Part shown: positions 12,001-24,000 of the stretch, piece after piece
Layout of the letters: every line of letters starts with the position of its first letter
How positions within the stretch are numbered: position 1 is the first letter of the stretch
Source of the DNA: Squalus acanthias
Lineage: Eukaryota
NCBI GenBank assembly: GCA_030390025.1
Contig: CM059431.1
Coordinates: 151,034,001-151,098,000, forward strand
Length of the DNA stretch: 64,000 nucleotides
Direction: 5' to 3'
The notes under the pieces: model-generated
Database searches by the model: none
Told to the model about the DNA's origin: nothing
Seen by the model: only the letters and a program-made list of their open reading frames with translations
Translations under genes and position numbers: made by a program

Positions 12001-15000
12001 TTCCCCTGGGTCTCTTTCCCCCTCTGTCTCATTCCACTGGGTCTCTTTCGCCTGGGTCTCTTTCCCCTGGGTATCCTTTCCCCTGGCTCTCTTTCCCCTG
12101 GGTCTCTTTCACACTGGGGCTCATTCCACTGGATCTTATTTCCCTGGGTCTCTCTTCCCATATGTCTCTATTCCCCTGTGTCTCATTCCCCTGGGTATCT
12201 TTCCCCTGGTTCTCTTTTCCCAGGCTCTCTTTTCCCCTGAGTCTCTGTTCCCCTGCATCTCTTTCCCCTGAGTCTCATTTCCTCTTGGTTGCTTTTCCCC
12301 TGGGTCTCTTTCCCCTGTGACTAATTTCCCATGTGTCTCTTTTCAATTGGTCTGCATTCCCCTGGTTCTCTTTCCCCTGTGTCTCGTTTCCCCATGGTCT
12401 CTTTTCCACAGGTTATCTTTTCCCTTGGTCTCATTCCCCTGGGTCTCTTTTTCCCTGGGTCTCTTTTTCCCCTGGGTCTCTTTCCCCTGGGTCTATTTCC
12501 CCTGGGTCTCTTTCCCCCTGGGTCTCTTTCCCCTGGGTCTCTTTCCCCATGGTCTCTTTCCCCTGGGTCTCTTTCCCCCTGGCTCTCATTAGCCTGGGTC
12601 TCTTTCCCCTGGGTCTCTTTCCCCTGGGTCTCTTTCCCCTGGATCTCTTTCCCCTGGGTCTCTATTCCCCTGGGTCTCTTTCCCCTACGTCTCTTTTCCC
12701 CTGGGTCTCTTTTCCCCTGGGTCTCTTTCCCCGGGGTCTCTTTTCCCCTTGGTATCTATCCCCTGGGTCTCTTTTCCCCTGGATCTCTTTCCACTGGGTC
12801 TCTTTTCCCCTCGGTCTCTTTCCCCTGCGTCTCTTTTCCACTTCGTCTCTTTCCCCATGGTCTATTTTCCCCTGGGACTCTACCACCCTCTGTCTCATTC
12901 GCCCCTGCGTCTCTTTCCCCTGGGTCTGTTTCCCCTGTGTCTCTTTAGCCAGGGTCTCATTTCCCCAGGGTTTCTATTCCCCTGGGTCACTTTCCCCTAG
13001 GTCTCTCTTCCCCTTGGTCTCTTTTCAACGGGTCTCTTTTCCCTGTGTCTCTTTCCCCTGGGTCACATTTTCCCCTGGGTCTCTTTTCCCCGGGACTCTT
13101 TTCCACTGTGTCTCTTTCCCCTGTGTCTCTTTCCCCTGGGTCTGTTTCCTCTGCATCTCTTTTCCCCTGGATCTCTTTCCCCTGTGTCTCTTTACCCCTG
13201 GGTCTCTTTTCCCCTGGGACTCATTCCGCAGGGACTCTTTCCACTTAGCCTCTTTTCCCCTGGGTCTATTTCCCCTGGGTCTCTTTTCCCCTGGGTCTCT
13301 TCCCCTTGGGTCCCTTATCCCCTGGTTCTCTTTCCGCTGGTTCTCTATTTCCAGGCTCTCTTTTCCCCTGAGTCTCTGTTCCCCTGCATCTCTTTCCCCT
13401 GGGTCTCATTTCCTCTGTGTTGCTTTTCCCCTCGGTCTCTTTCCCCCGTGACTCATTTCCCCTGTGTCTCTTTTCAATTGGTCTGCATTCCCCTGGTTCT
13501 CTTTCCCCTGTGTCTCGTTTCCCCATGGTCTCCTTTGCACAGGATCGCCGTTCCCTAGGTCTCATTAGCCTTGGTCTCTTTCCCCTGGGTCTCTTTCCCC
13601 TGGGACTCATTCCCCCTGGCTCTCATTAGCCTTGGTCTCTTTCCCCTGGGTCTCTTTCCCCTGGGACTCATTCCCATGGGACTCATTCCCCCTGGCTCTC
13701 ATTAGCCTTGATCTCTTTCCCCTGGGTCTCTTTCCCCTGGGACTCATTCCCCTGGGACTCATTCCCCCTGGCTCTCATTAGCCTTGGTCTCTTTCCCCTG
13801 GGTCTCTTTGCCCTGGGTCTCTTTCCCTTGGATCTCTTTCCCCTGGGTCTCTATTCCCCTGGGTCTCTTTCCCCTACGTCTCTTTTCCCCTGGGTCTCTT
13901 TTCCCCTGGGACTCTTTCCCCTGGGTCTCTTTTCCATAATGTCTCTATCCCCTTCGTCTCTTTCCCCATGGTCTCTTTTCCCCTGGGACTCTACCACCCT
14001 CTGTCTCATTCGCCCCTGCGTCTCTTTCCCCTGGGTTTGTTTCCCCTGTGTCTCTTTTCCCCAGGTCTCATTTCCCCAGGGTTTCTATTCCCCTGGGTCT
14101 CTTTCCCCTGGGTCTCATTTCACCGGGTCTCTTTTTCCTGTGTCTCTTTCCCCTGGGTCTCATTTTCCCCTGGGTCTCTTTTCCCCGGGACTCTTTTCCA
14201 CTGGGTCTCTTTCCCCTGTGTCAATCCCCTGGGTCTGTTTCCTCTGCGTCTCTTTTCACCATGGTTTCTTTCCCCTGTGTCTGTTTTCCCCTGGTTCTCA
14301 TTTCCCCTTCGTCTCTTTTCCCCTGGGTCTCTTTCCCTTGGGTCCCTTAACACCCGAGTCACTTACCCCTGTGTTTATTTTCCCCAGGGTCTCTTTTCCC
14401 TGTCTCTTTTCCCCTGGGTATTTTTTCCCTGTTTCTCTTTTCCCTGGTTCTCATTCCCCTGGGTCTCATTCCCCTGGGTCTCTTTTCCCCTGGGTCTATT
14501 TTCCACTGGGTCTCTTTCCCCTGGGTCTCTTTCCCCTGGGACTCTTTCCCCTGGGTCTCTTTCCCCCTGGCTCTCATTACCGTAGTTCTCTTTCCCCTGT
14601 GTCTCTTCTCCCTGGTTCTCTTTCCCCTGGGTCTCTTTCCCCAGGGTCTCTTTTCCCCTGGGTCTCTTTCCCCTGGGTCTCTTTTCCCCTGGGTCTCTTT
14701 TCCCCTGGGTCTCTTTTCCCGGGGTCTCTTTTCCCCTTGGTCTCTATCCCCTATGTCTCTTTTCCCCTCAGTCTCTTTCCCCTGGAAATCTTTTCCCCAT
14801 GCTCACTTTCACCCCCATGCTCTCTTTCCCCATGGTCTCTTTTCCCCTGGGACTCTACCAACCTCTGTCTCATTCGCACCTGCGTCTCTTTCCCCTGGGT
14901 TTGTTTCCCCTGTGTCTCATTTCCCCAGGGTTTCATTTCCCCAGGGTTTCTACTCATCTGTGTCTCTTTCCCCTGGGTCTCTTTTCCCCTGAACTATTTT

Positions 15001-18000
15001 CCCCTGGGTGTCTATACCCTGGGACTCTTTCCACTGTGTCTCTTTCCCCTGGGTCTCTTTCCCCTGGGTCTCTTTCCCCTGTGTCTCTTTTCCCTGGGTC
15101 TCTTTTCCCCTGGGTCTCTTTTCCCCTGTGTCTCTTTTCCCCTGGGTCTCTTTTCCCCTGGGTCTCTTTTCCCCTGTGTCTCTTTTCCCTGGGACTCTTT
15201 CCCCTGGGACTCTTTGCACTGGGTCTCTTTTCCCCTGGGTCTCTTTTCCCCTGTGTCTCTTTTCCCTGGGTCTCTTTCCCCTGGGTCTCTTTTCCCCTGG
15301 GTCTCTTTTCCCCTGTGTCTCTTTTCCCTGGGACTCTTTCCCCTGGGACTCTTTGCACTGGGTCTCTTTCCCCTGGGTCTCTTCTCCCCTGGGTCTCTTT
15401 CCCTTGGGTCCCTTATCCCCTGGTTCTCTTTCCCCTGTGTCTCTTTTCCCCAGGGTCTATATTTCCTGACTCTTTTCCCCTGGGTCTTTTTTCACTGGTT
15501 CTCTTTTCCCAGGCTCTATTTTCCCCTGAGTCTCTTTTCCTCTGCATCTCTTTCCCCTGGGTCTCATTCCGCTTGGTCGCTTTTCCCCTGTGTATCTTTC
15601 CCCTGGGTCTCATTTCCTCTGAGTTGCTTTTCCCCTGGTTCTCTTTCCCCTGTGTCTCGTTTCCCCTTGGTCTCTTTTCCACAGGATCTCTGTTCCCTGG
15701 GCCTCATTCCCTTGGTCTCTTTTCCCCTGGGTCTCTTTTCCCCTGGGTCTCTTTCCCCTTGGTCTCTTTCCCCTGGGTCTCTTTCCCCGGGTCTCTTTCC
15801 CCTCAGTCCATTTTCCCCTGGTTCTCTTTCCCCTGGGTCTATTTTCCCGTGGATCTCTTTTCCCCTGGGTTTCTTTTCCCCTCGGTATCATTCCCCTGGA
15901 TCTCTTTTCCCCTTGGTCTCTTTCCCCATGGTCTCTTTTCCCCTGGGACTCTACCACCCTCTGTCTCATTCGCCCCTGCGTCTCTTTCCCCTGTATCTGT
16001 TTCCCCTGTGTCTCCTTTCCCCAGGGTCTCATTTCCCCAGGGTTTCTATACATCTGTGTCTCTTTCCCCTGGGTCTCTTTTCCCCTGATCTATTTTCCCC
16101 TGGGTCTCTATTTCCCTGGTTCTCTTTCCCCTGGGTCTCATTTCCCCTGGGTCTCTTTGCCCTGGGTCTCTTTGCCCTGGGTCTCTTTCACGTAGTCTAT
16201 ATTCCTCTGGGTCTCATTCCCCTGGGTCTCATTTACCCTGGGTCTTTTTCCACTGGGTCACTTTTACCCTTCATCTCTTTTCCCCTGGCTCTCTTTCCCC
16301 TGGGTCTCTTTTCCACTCGGTGTTTTTTACCCTGGCTCTCTTTTCCTCTGGGTCCGATTCCCCTGGGTCTTTTTGACCTTTGATTCTTTTCCACTGGGTA
16401 TCTTTCCTCTGGGTCTCTGTACCCCTGGGTGTATTTTCCCCTGGGTCTCTTTCCCCTGTGTCTCTTTCCCCCTGGGTCTCTTTCCCACTCTGACTCATCC
16501 CCCTGGGTCTCTTTCCCCTGGGTCTCTTTCCCCTGGGTCTCTTAACCGCTGGGTCTATTTTACCCTGCATCTCTTTTCCCCTGGGTCTCTTTCCACTGGT
16601 TCTGTATTCCTCTGGGGTCGATTCCCCTGCGACTATTTTCCCCTGGGTCTCTTTCCCCTGGTTCTGTATTCCTCTGGGTTCGATTCCCCTGGATCTATTT
16701 CCCCCTGGGTCTCTTTCCCCTGGTTCTCTTTTCCCCTCGGTGTTTTTCCCCAGGGCCTCTTTTCCCCTGGTTCTGTTTTCCTCTGGGTCCGATTCCCCTG
16801 GGTCTATTTTCCCCTACGTCTCTTTCCCCTGGTTCTGTATTCCTCTGGGTTCGATTCCCCTGTCTTTATTTTCCCCTGGGTCTCTTTCCCCTGGTTCTCT
16901 TTTCACTTCGCCTATTTTCCCCTGGGTATCTTTGAGCTGGGCCATTTTTCCCCTGTGTCTCTTACCCATGGATCACAATTCACTGGGTCTCTTCCCCCTG
17001 GGTCTCTTTTCCCCTGGGTCTCTTTTCCCCTGGGTCTCTTCTACCTTTGACTCTTTTCCACTGGGTATCTTTCCCCAGCGTCTCTGTACCCCTGGGTGTA
17101 TATTCCCCTGAGCCTCTTTCCAATGGGTCTCTTTTCCCCTCGGTCTCTTTCCCCTGAGTCTCTTTTCCACTTGTTCTCTTTCCCGTCTGTCTCATTTCAC
17201 CTGGGTCACTTTGCCCTGGGTCTCTTTTCACGCAGTCTCTATTCCCCTGCGTCTCATTCCCCTGGGTCTCTTTTCCACTGGTTCTCTTTAACCCTTGATC
17301 TCTTTAACCCTGGATCTCTTTCCCCTGGGTCTCTTTTCCCCTCGGTGTTTTTCCCCAGGGTCTCTTTTCCCCTGGTTCTGTTTTCCTCTCGATCCGATTC
17401 CCCTGGGTCTATTTTCCCCTGGGTCTCTTTCCCCTGGTTCTCTTTTCACTTCGCGAATTTTCCCCTGGGTATCTTTGAGCTGTGTCACTTTTTCCCCTGT
17501 GTCTCTTACCCATGGATCACAATTCCCTGGGCCACTTCCCCCTGGGTCTCTTTTCCCCTTGGTCTCTTATCCCCATGGTCTCTTTTACCTTGGACTCTTT
17601 TCCACTGGGTATCTTTCCCCTGGGTCTCGTTTCACTTAGTCTCTATTTCCCTGGGGCTCTTTCCCCTGGGTCTCTTTCCCCCCGTGTCTCTTTTTCACTT
17701 TGTCTCATTCCCCTAGGTATATTTCCCCTGTGTAACTTTTTTCCCCTGGGTCGCTTTTCCCCTCGGACTCTTTCCCCTTGCTCTCTTTCCCCTTGGTTAC
17801 TTTCCACTGGGTCTCTTTTCCACTTGATCTCTTTTCCCTTGTGTCGCTTTCCCCTGCGTCTCTTTCCCCCTGTGTCTCTTTCCCCTAGGTATCTTTCCCC
17901 TGCGTCTCCTTTCCCCTGTGTCTCATTCCCCAGGGTCTCCTTTTCCTTGTTCTTCATTCCCCAGAGTCTCTTTTCCCCTTGGTCTCTTTTCACCGGGTCT

Positions 18001-21000
18001 CTTTTCCACTGGGTCTCTTTTCCCTGTATTTCTTTCCCCTGGGTCTCATTTTCCCCTGGGTCTCTTTTCCCCGGGACTCTTTTCCACTGGGTCTCTTTTT
18101 CCACTGGGTCTCTTTTCCCCGGCACTCTTTTCCACTGGGTCTCTTTCCCCTGTGTCTCTTTCCCCTGGGTCTGTTTCCTCTGCGTCTCTTTTCACCATGG
18201 TCTCTTTCCCCTGTGTCTGTTTTCCCCTGGTTCTCTTTTCCCCTGGGTCTCTTTCCCCTGGGTCTCTTTTCTCCTGGGTAACTTTTCCCCTGGGACTCAT
18301 TCCGCAGGGACTCTTTTCACTAAGCCCCTTTTCCCCTGGGTCTCTTTCCCCTGATTCTCTATTCCCCTGTGTCTCTTTCCCCTGTGACTCCTTCCCCTGG
18401 GTCTCTTTTCACTTAGTCTATTTTCCCCTTGGTCTTTTTCCCCTTGATCTCTAATCCCCTGGGTCTCTTTTCCGCTGGGTCTCTATTCCCCTGGGTCTCT
18501 TTCCCCTGGATCTCATTTTCCTGGGTCTCTTTTCCCCTGTGTCTCTTTTCCCCTGGGTCTCTTTACCCCCTCTGTCTCATTCCTCTGGGTTTCTTTCGCC
18601 TTGGTCTCTTTCCCCTGTGTCTCTTTCCCCTGTGTCTCATTTTTATGGGTCTCAATCCCATAGGTCTCTTTTCCCCTAAGTCTCATTCCCCTGGGTTTCT
18701 TTCCCCTGGGACTCTTTCCCCTGGGTCTCTTTTCCCCTGGGTCTCTATTCCCCTAAGTCTCATTCCCCTGGGGTTCTTTCCCCTGGGACTCTTTCCCCTG
18801 GGTCTCTTTTCCCCTGGGTCTCTATTCCCCTCTGTCTCATTCCCCTGGGTTTTTTCCCCTGGGTCACTTTCCCAAGGGTCTCTTTTCCCCTGGGACTATT
18901 TCCCTCTCTGTCTCTTTCCCCTGTGTCTCCTTCCCCTGGGTCTCTTTTCACTTAGTCTATTTTCCCCTTGGTCTCTTCCCCTTGATCTCTATTCCCCTGG
19001 GTCTCTTTTCCCCTGGGTCTTTTTCCCCTGGGTCTCTTTCCCCCTCTGCCTCATTCCCCTGGGTCTCTTTCCCCCTCTGCCTCTTTTCCCTGGTTCTCTT
19101 TCCTCTGGGTATCCTTTCCCCTGGGTCTCTTTCCCCTTGTTCTCTTTTCCACTGGCTCTCTTTCCCCTGGATCTCATTTCCCTGGGTCTCTCTTCCCATA
19201 GGTCTCTTTTCCCCTTAGTCTCATTCCCCTGGGTCTCTTTCTCTTGGGTCCCTTATCCCCCTGGTCTCTTACCCCTGTGTTTCTTTTCCACAGGGTCTCT
19301 TTTCCCTGTCTCTTTTCCCCTGGGTATTTTTTCCCTGTGTCTCTTTTTCCCCGGGTCTCACTCCCCTGGGTCGCTTTCCCCCTGCTTCTCTTTCCCCTGG
19401 GTCTCATTTCCTCTGGATTGCTTTTCCCGTGGGTCTGGTTTCCCCTGTGTCTCATTCCCCTGGGTCTCTTTTCACTTAGACTTTTTTCCCCCTGGTCTTC
19501 TTCCCCTGGGTCTCTATTCCACTGGGTCTCTTTCCCCTGGATCACATTTCCCTGGGTCTCTTTCCCTTTTCGTCTCAATTTCCCTGGATATATTTCCCCT
19601 GTTTCACTCTTTCCCCTGATTCCCTTTTCCCCTGTGTCTCTGTTCCCCTGCGACTCTTTCCCCTGGGTCTCTTTTCCCCTGGGTCTTATTTCCCTTGGGT
19701 CTCTTTCCCCCTCTGTCTCATTTCCCTGGGTCTCTTTCGCCTGGGTCTCTTTCCCCTGGGTATCCTTTGCCCTGGCTCTCTTTCCCCTGGGTCTCTTTTC
19801 CACTGGGGCTCATTCCCCTGGATCTTATTTCCCTGGGTCTCTCTTCCCATATGTCTCTATTCCCCTGTGTCTCATTCCCCTGGGTATCTTTCCCCTGGTT
19901 CTCTTTTCCCCTGGGTCTCTTTCCCTTGGGTCCCTTATCCCATGGTTCTCTTTCCGCTGGTTCTCTTTTCCCAGGCTCTCTTTTCCCCTGAGACTCTGTT
20001 CCCCTGCATCTCTTTCCCCTGCGTCTCATTTCCTCTTGGTTGCTTTTCCCCTGGGTCTCTTTCCCCTGTGACTTATTTCCCCTGTGTCTCTTTTCAATTG
20101 GTCTGCATTCCCCTGGTTCTCTTTCCCCTCTGTCTCGTTTCCCCATGGTCTCTTTTCCACAGGTTATCTTTTCCCTTGGCCTCATTCCCCTGGGTCTCTT
20201 TTTCCCTGGGTCTCTTTTTCCCCTGGGTCTCTTTCCCCTGGGTCTCTTTCCCCTGGGTCTCTTTACCCCTGGGTCTCTTTCCCCTGGGTCTCTTTCCCCT
20301 GGGTCTCTTTCCCCTGGGTCTCTTTCCCCCTGGCTCTCATTAGCCTGGGTCTCTTTCCCCTGGGTCTCTTTCCCCTGGGTCTCTTTCCCCTGGATCTCTT
20401 TCCCCTGGGTCTCTTTTCCCTGGGACTCTTTCCCCTGGGTCTCTTTCCCCTGGGTCTCTTTTTCCCCTGGGTCTCTTTCCCCTGGGTCTCTTTCCCCTGG
20501 GTCTCTTTCCCCTGGGTCTCTTTCCCCCTGGCTCTCATTAGCCTGGGTCTCTTTCCCCTGGGTCTCTTTCCCCTGGGTCTCTTTCCCCTGGGTCTCTTTC
20601 CCCTGGATCTCTTTCCCCTGGGTCTCTATTCCCCTGGGTCTCTTTCCCCTACGTCTCTTTTCCCCTGGGTCTCTTTCCCCGGGGTCTCTTTTCCCCTTGG
20701 TATCTATCCCCTGGGTCTCTTTTCCCCTGGATCTCTTTCCACTGTGTCTCTTTTCCCCTCGGTCTCTTTCCCCTGCGTCTCTTTTCCCCTTTGTCTCTTT
20801 CCCCATGGTCTATTTTCCCCTGGGACTCTACCACCCTCTGTCTCATTCGCTCCTGCGTCTCTTTCCCCTGGGTCTGTTTCCCCTGTGTCTCTTTAGCCAG
20901 GGTCTCATTTCCCCAGGGTTTCTATTCCCCTGGGTCTCTTTCCCCTAGGTCTCTCTTCCCCTTGGTCTCTTTTCACCGGGTCTCTTTTCCCTGTGTCTCT

Positions 21001-24000
21001 TTCCCCTGGGTCACATTTTCCCCTGGGTCTCTTTTCCCCGGGACTCTTTTCCACTGTTTCTCTTTCCCCTGTGTCTCTTTCCCCTGGGTTTGTTTCCTCT
21101 GCATCTCTTTTCCCCTGGATCTCTTTCCCCTGTGTCTCTTTACCCCTGGGTCTCTTTTCCCCTGGGACTCATTCCGCAGTGACTCTTTCCACTTAGCCTC
21201 TTTTCCCCTGGGTCTATTTCCCCTGGGTCTCTTTTCCCCTGGGTCTCTTCCCCTTGGGTCCCTTATCCCCTGGTTCTCTTTCCACTGGTTCTCTTTTTCC
21301 AGGCTCTCTTTTCCCCTGAGTCTCTGTTCCCCTGCATCTCTTTCCCCTGGGTCTCATTTCCTCTGGGTTGCTTTTCCCCTCGTTCTCTTTCCCCCGTAAC
21401 TCATTTCCCCTGTGTCTCTTTTCAATTGGTCTGCATTCCCCTGGTTCTCTTTCCCCTGTGTCTCATTTCCCCATGGTCTCCTTTGCACAGGATCGCTGTT
21501 CCCTCGGTCTCATTACCCTGGGTCTCTTTCCCCTGGGTCTCTTTCCCCTGGGTCTCTATTCCCCTGGGTCTCTTTCCCCTGGGTCTCTATTCCCCTGGGT
21601 CTCTTTCCCCTGTGTCTCTTTCCCCTACGTCTCTTTTCCCCTGGGTCTCTTTTCCCCTGGGACTCTTTCCCCTGGGTCTCTTTTCCCTAATGTTTCTATC
21701 CCCTTCGTCTCTTTCCCCATGGTCTCTTTTCCCCTGGGATTCTACCACCCTCTGTCTCATTCGCCCCTGCGTCTCTTTCCCCTGGGTTTGTTTCCCCTGT
21801 GTCTCTTTTCCCCAGGGTCTCATTTCCCCAGGGTTTCTATTACCCTGGGTCTCTTTCCCCTGGGTCTCATTTCACCGGGTCTCTTTTTGCTGTGTCTCTT
21901 TCCCCTGGGTCTCATTCCCCTTCGTCTCTTTTCCCCTGGGTCTCTTTTCCTTGGGTCCCTTAACACCCGAGTCACTTACCCCTGTGTTTATTTTCCCCAG
22001 GGTCTCTTTTCCCTGTCTCTTTTCCACTGGGTATTTTTTCCCTGTTTCTCTTTTCCCTGGGTCTCATTCCCCTGGGTCTCATTCCCCTGGGTCTCTTTCC
22101 CCTGGGTCTCTTTCCCCTGGGACTCTTTCCACTGGGTCTCTTTCCCCCTGGCTCTCATTACCGTAGTTCTCTTTCCCCTGTGTCTCTTCTCCCTGGTTCT
22201 CTTTCCCCTGGGTCTCTTTCCCCAGGGTCTCCTTTCCCCTGGGTCTCTTTCCCCTGGGTTTCTTTTCCCCTGGGTCTCTTTCCCCTGGGTCTCTTTCCCC
22301 AGGGTCTCTTTTCCCCTGGGTCTCTTTCCCCTGGGTCTCTTTTCCCCTGGGTCTCTTTTCCCCTGGGTCTCTTTTCCCGGGGTCTCTTTTCCCCTTGGTC
22401 TCTATCCCCTATGTCTCTTTTCCCCTCAGTCTCTTTCCCCTGGAAATCTTTTCCCCATGCTCACTTTCACCCCCATGCTCTCTTTCCCCATGGTCTCTTT
22501 TCCCCTGGGACTCTACCAACCTCTGTCTCATTCGCACCTGCGTCTCTTTCCCCTGGATCTGTTTCCCCTGTGTCTCATTTCCCCAGGGTTTCATTTCCCC
22601 AGGGTTTCTACTCATCTGTGTCTCTTTCCCCTGGGTCTCTTTTCCCCTGAACTATTTTCCCCTGGGTGTCTATACCCTGGGACTCTTTCCACTGTGTCTC
22701 TTTCCCCTGGGTCTCTTTCCCCTGGGTCTCTTTCCCCTGTGTCTCTTTTCCCTGTGTCTCTTTCCCCTGGGTCTCTTTTCCCTGGGTCTCTTTCCCCTGG
22801 GTCTCTTTTCCCCTGTGTATCTTTCCCCTGGATCTCATTTCCTCTGCGTTACTTTTCCCCTGTGTATCTTTCCCCTGGGACTCATTTCCACTGTGTCTCT
22901 TTTCAATTGGTCTGCATTCCCCTGGTTCTCTTTCCCCTGTGTCTCGTTTCCCCTTGGTCTCTTTTCCACAGGATCTCTGTTCCCTGGGCCTCATTCCCTT
23001 GGTCTCTTTTCCCCTGGGTCTCTTTTCCCCTGGGTCTCTTTTCCCCTGGGTCTCTTTTCCCCTGGGTCTCTTTCCCCTGGGTCTCTTTCCCCCTAGCTCT
23101 CATTACCCTGGTTCTCTTTCCCCTGGGTGTCTTTTCCCTGTGTCTCTTTCCCCGGGTCTCTTTCCCCTCAGTCCATTTTCCCCTGGTTCTCTTTCCCCTG
23201 GGTCTATTTTCCCCTGGGTCTCTTTTCCCCTCGGTATCATTCCCCTGGATCTCTTTTCCCCTTGGTCTCTTTCCCCATGGTCTCTTTTCCCCTGGGACTC
23301 TACCACCCTCTGTCTCATTCGCCCCTGCGTCTCTTTCCCCTGTATCTGTTTCCCCTGTGTCTCCTTTCCCCAGGGTCTCATTTCCCCAGGGTTTCTGTAC
23401 ATCTGTGTCTCTTACCCCTGGGTCTCTTTTCCCCTGATCTATTTTCCCCTGGGTCTCTTTCCCCTGGGTCTCTTTCCCCTGGGTCTCTTTCCCCTGTGTC
23501 TCTTTCCCCTTGGTCTCTTTCCCCTGGGTCTCTTTCCCCTGTATCTCTTTCCCCTCGGTCTCTTTCCCCTGGGTCTCTTTTCCCCTGGGTCTCTTTTCCC
23601 TGGGTCTCTATTCCCCTGGGTCTCTATTCCCCTGGGTCTATTTTCCCTGGGTCTCTTTCCCCTGTATCTCTTTCCCCTGGGTCTCTTTCCCCTGGGTCTC
23701 TTTCCCCTGGGTCTCTTTTCCCTGGGTCTCTATTCCCCTGGGTCTCTTTTCCCCTGGATCTATTTTCCCTGGGTCCCTTTCCCCTGGGTCTCTTTTCCCT
23801 GGGTCTCTATTCCCATGGGTCCCTTTTCCCCTGGGTCTCTTTCCCCTGGGTCCCTTTTCCCCTGGGTCTCTATTCCCATGGGTCCCTTCTCCCCTGGGTC
23901 TCTATTCCCCTGGGTCTCTTTTCCCTGGGTCTCTTTTCCCTGGGTCTCTATTCCCATGGGTTCCTTTTCCCCAGGGTCTCTTTCCCCTGGGTCCCTTTTC

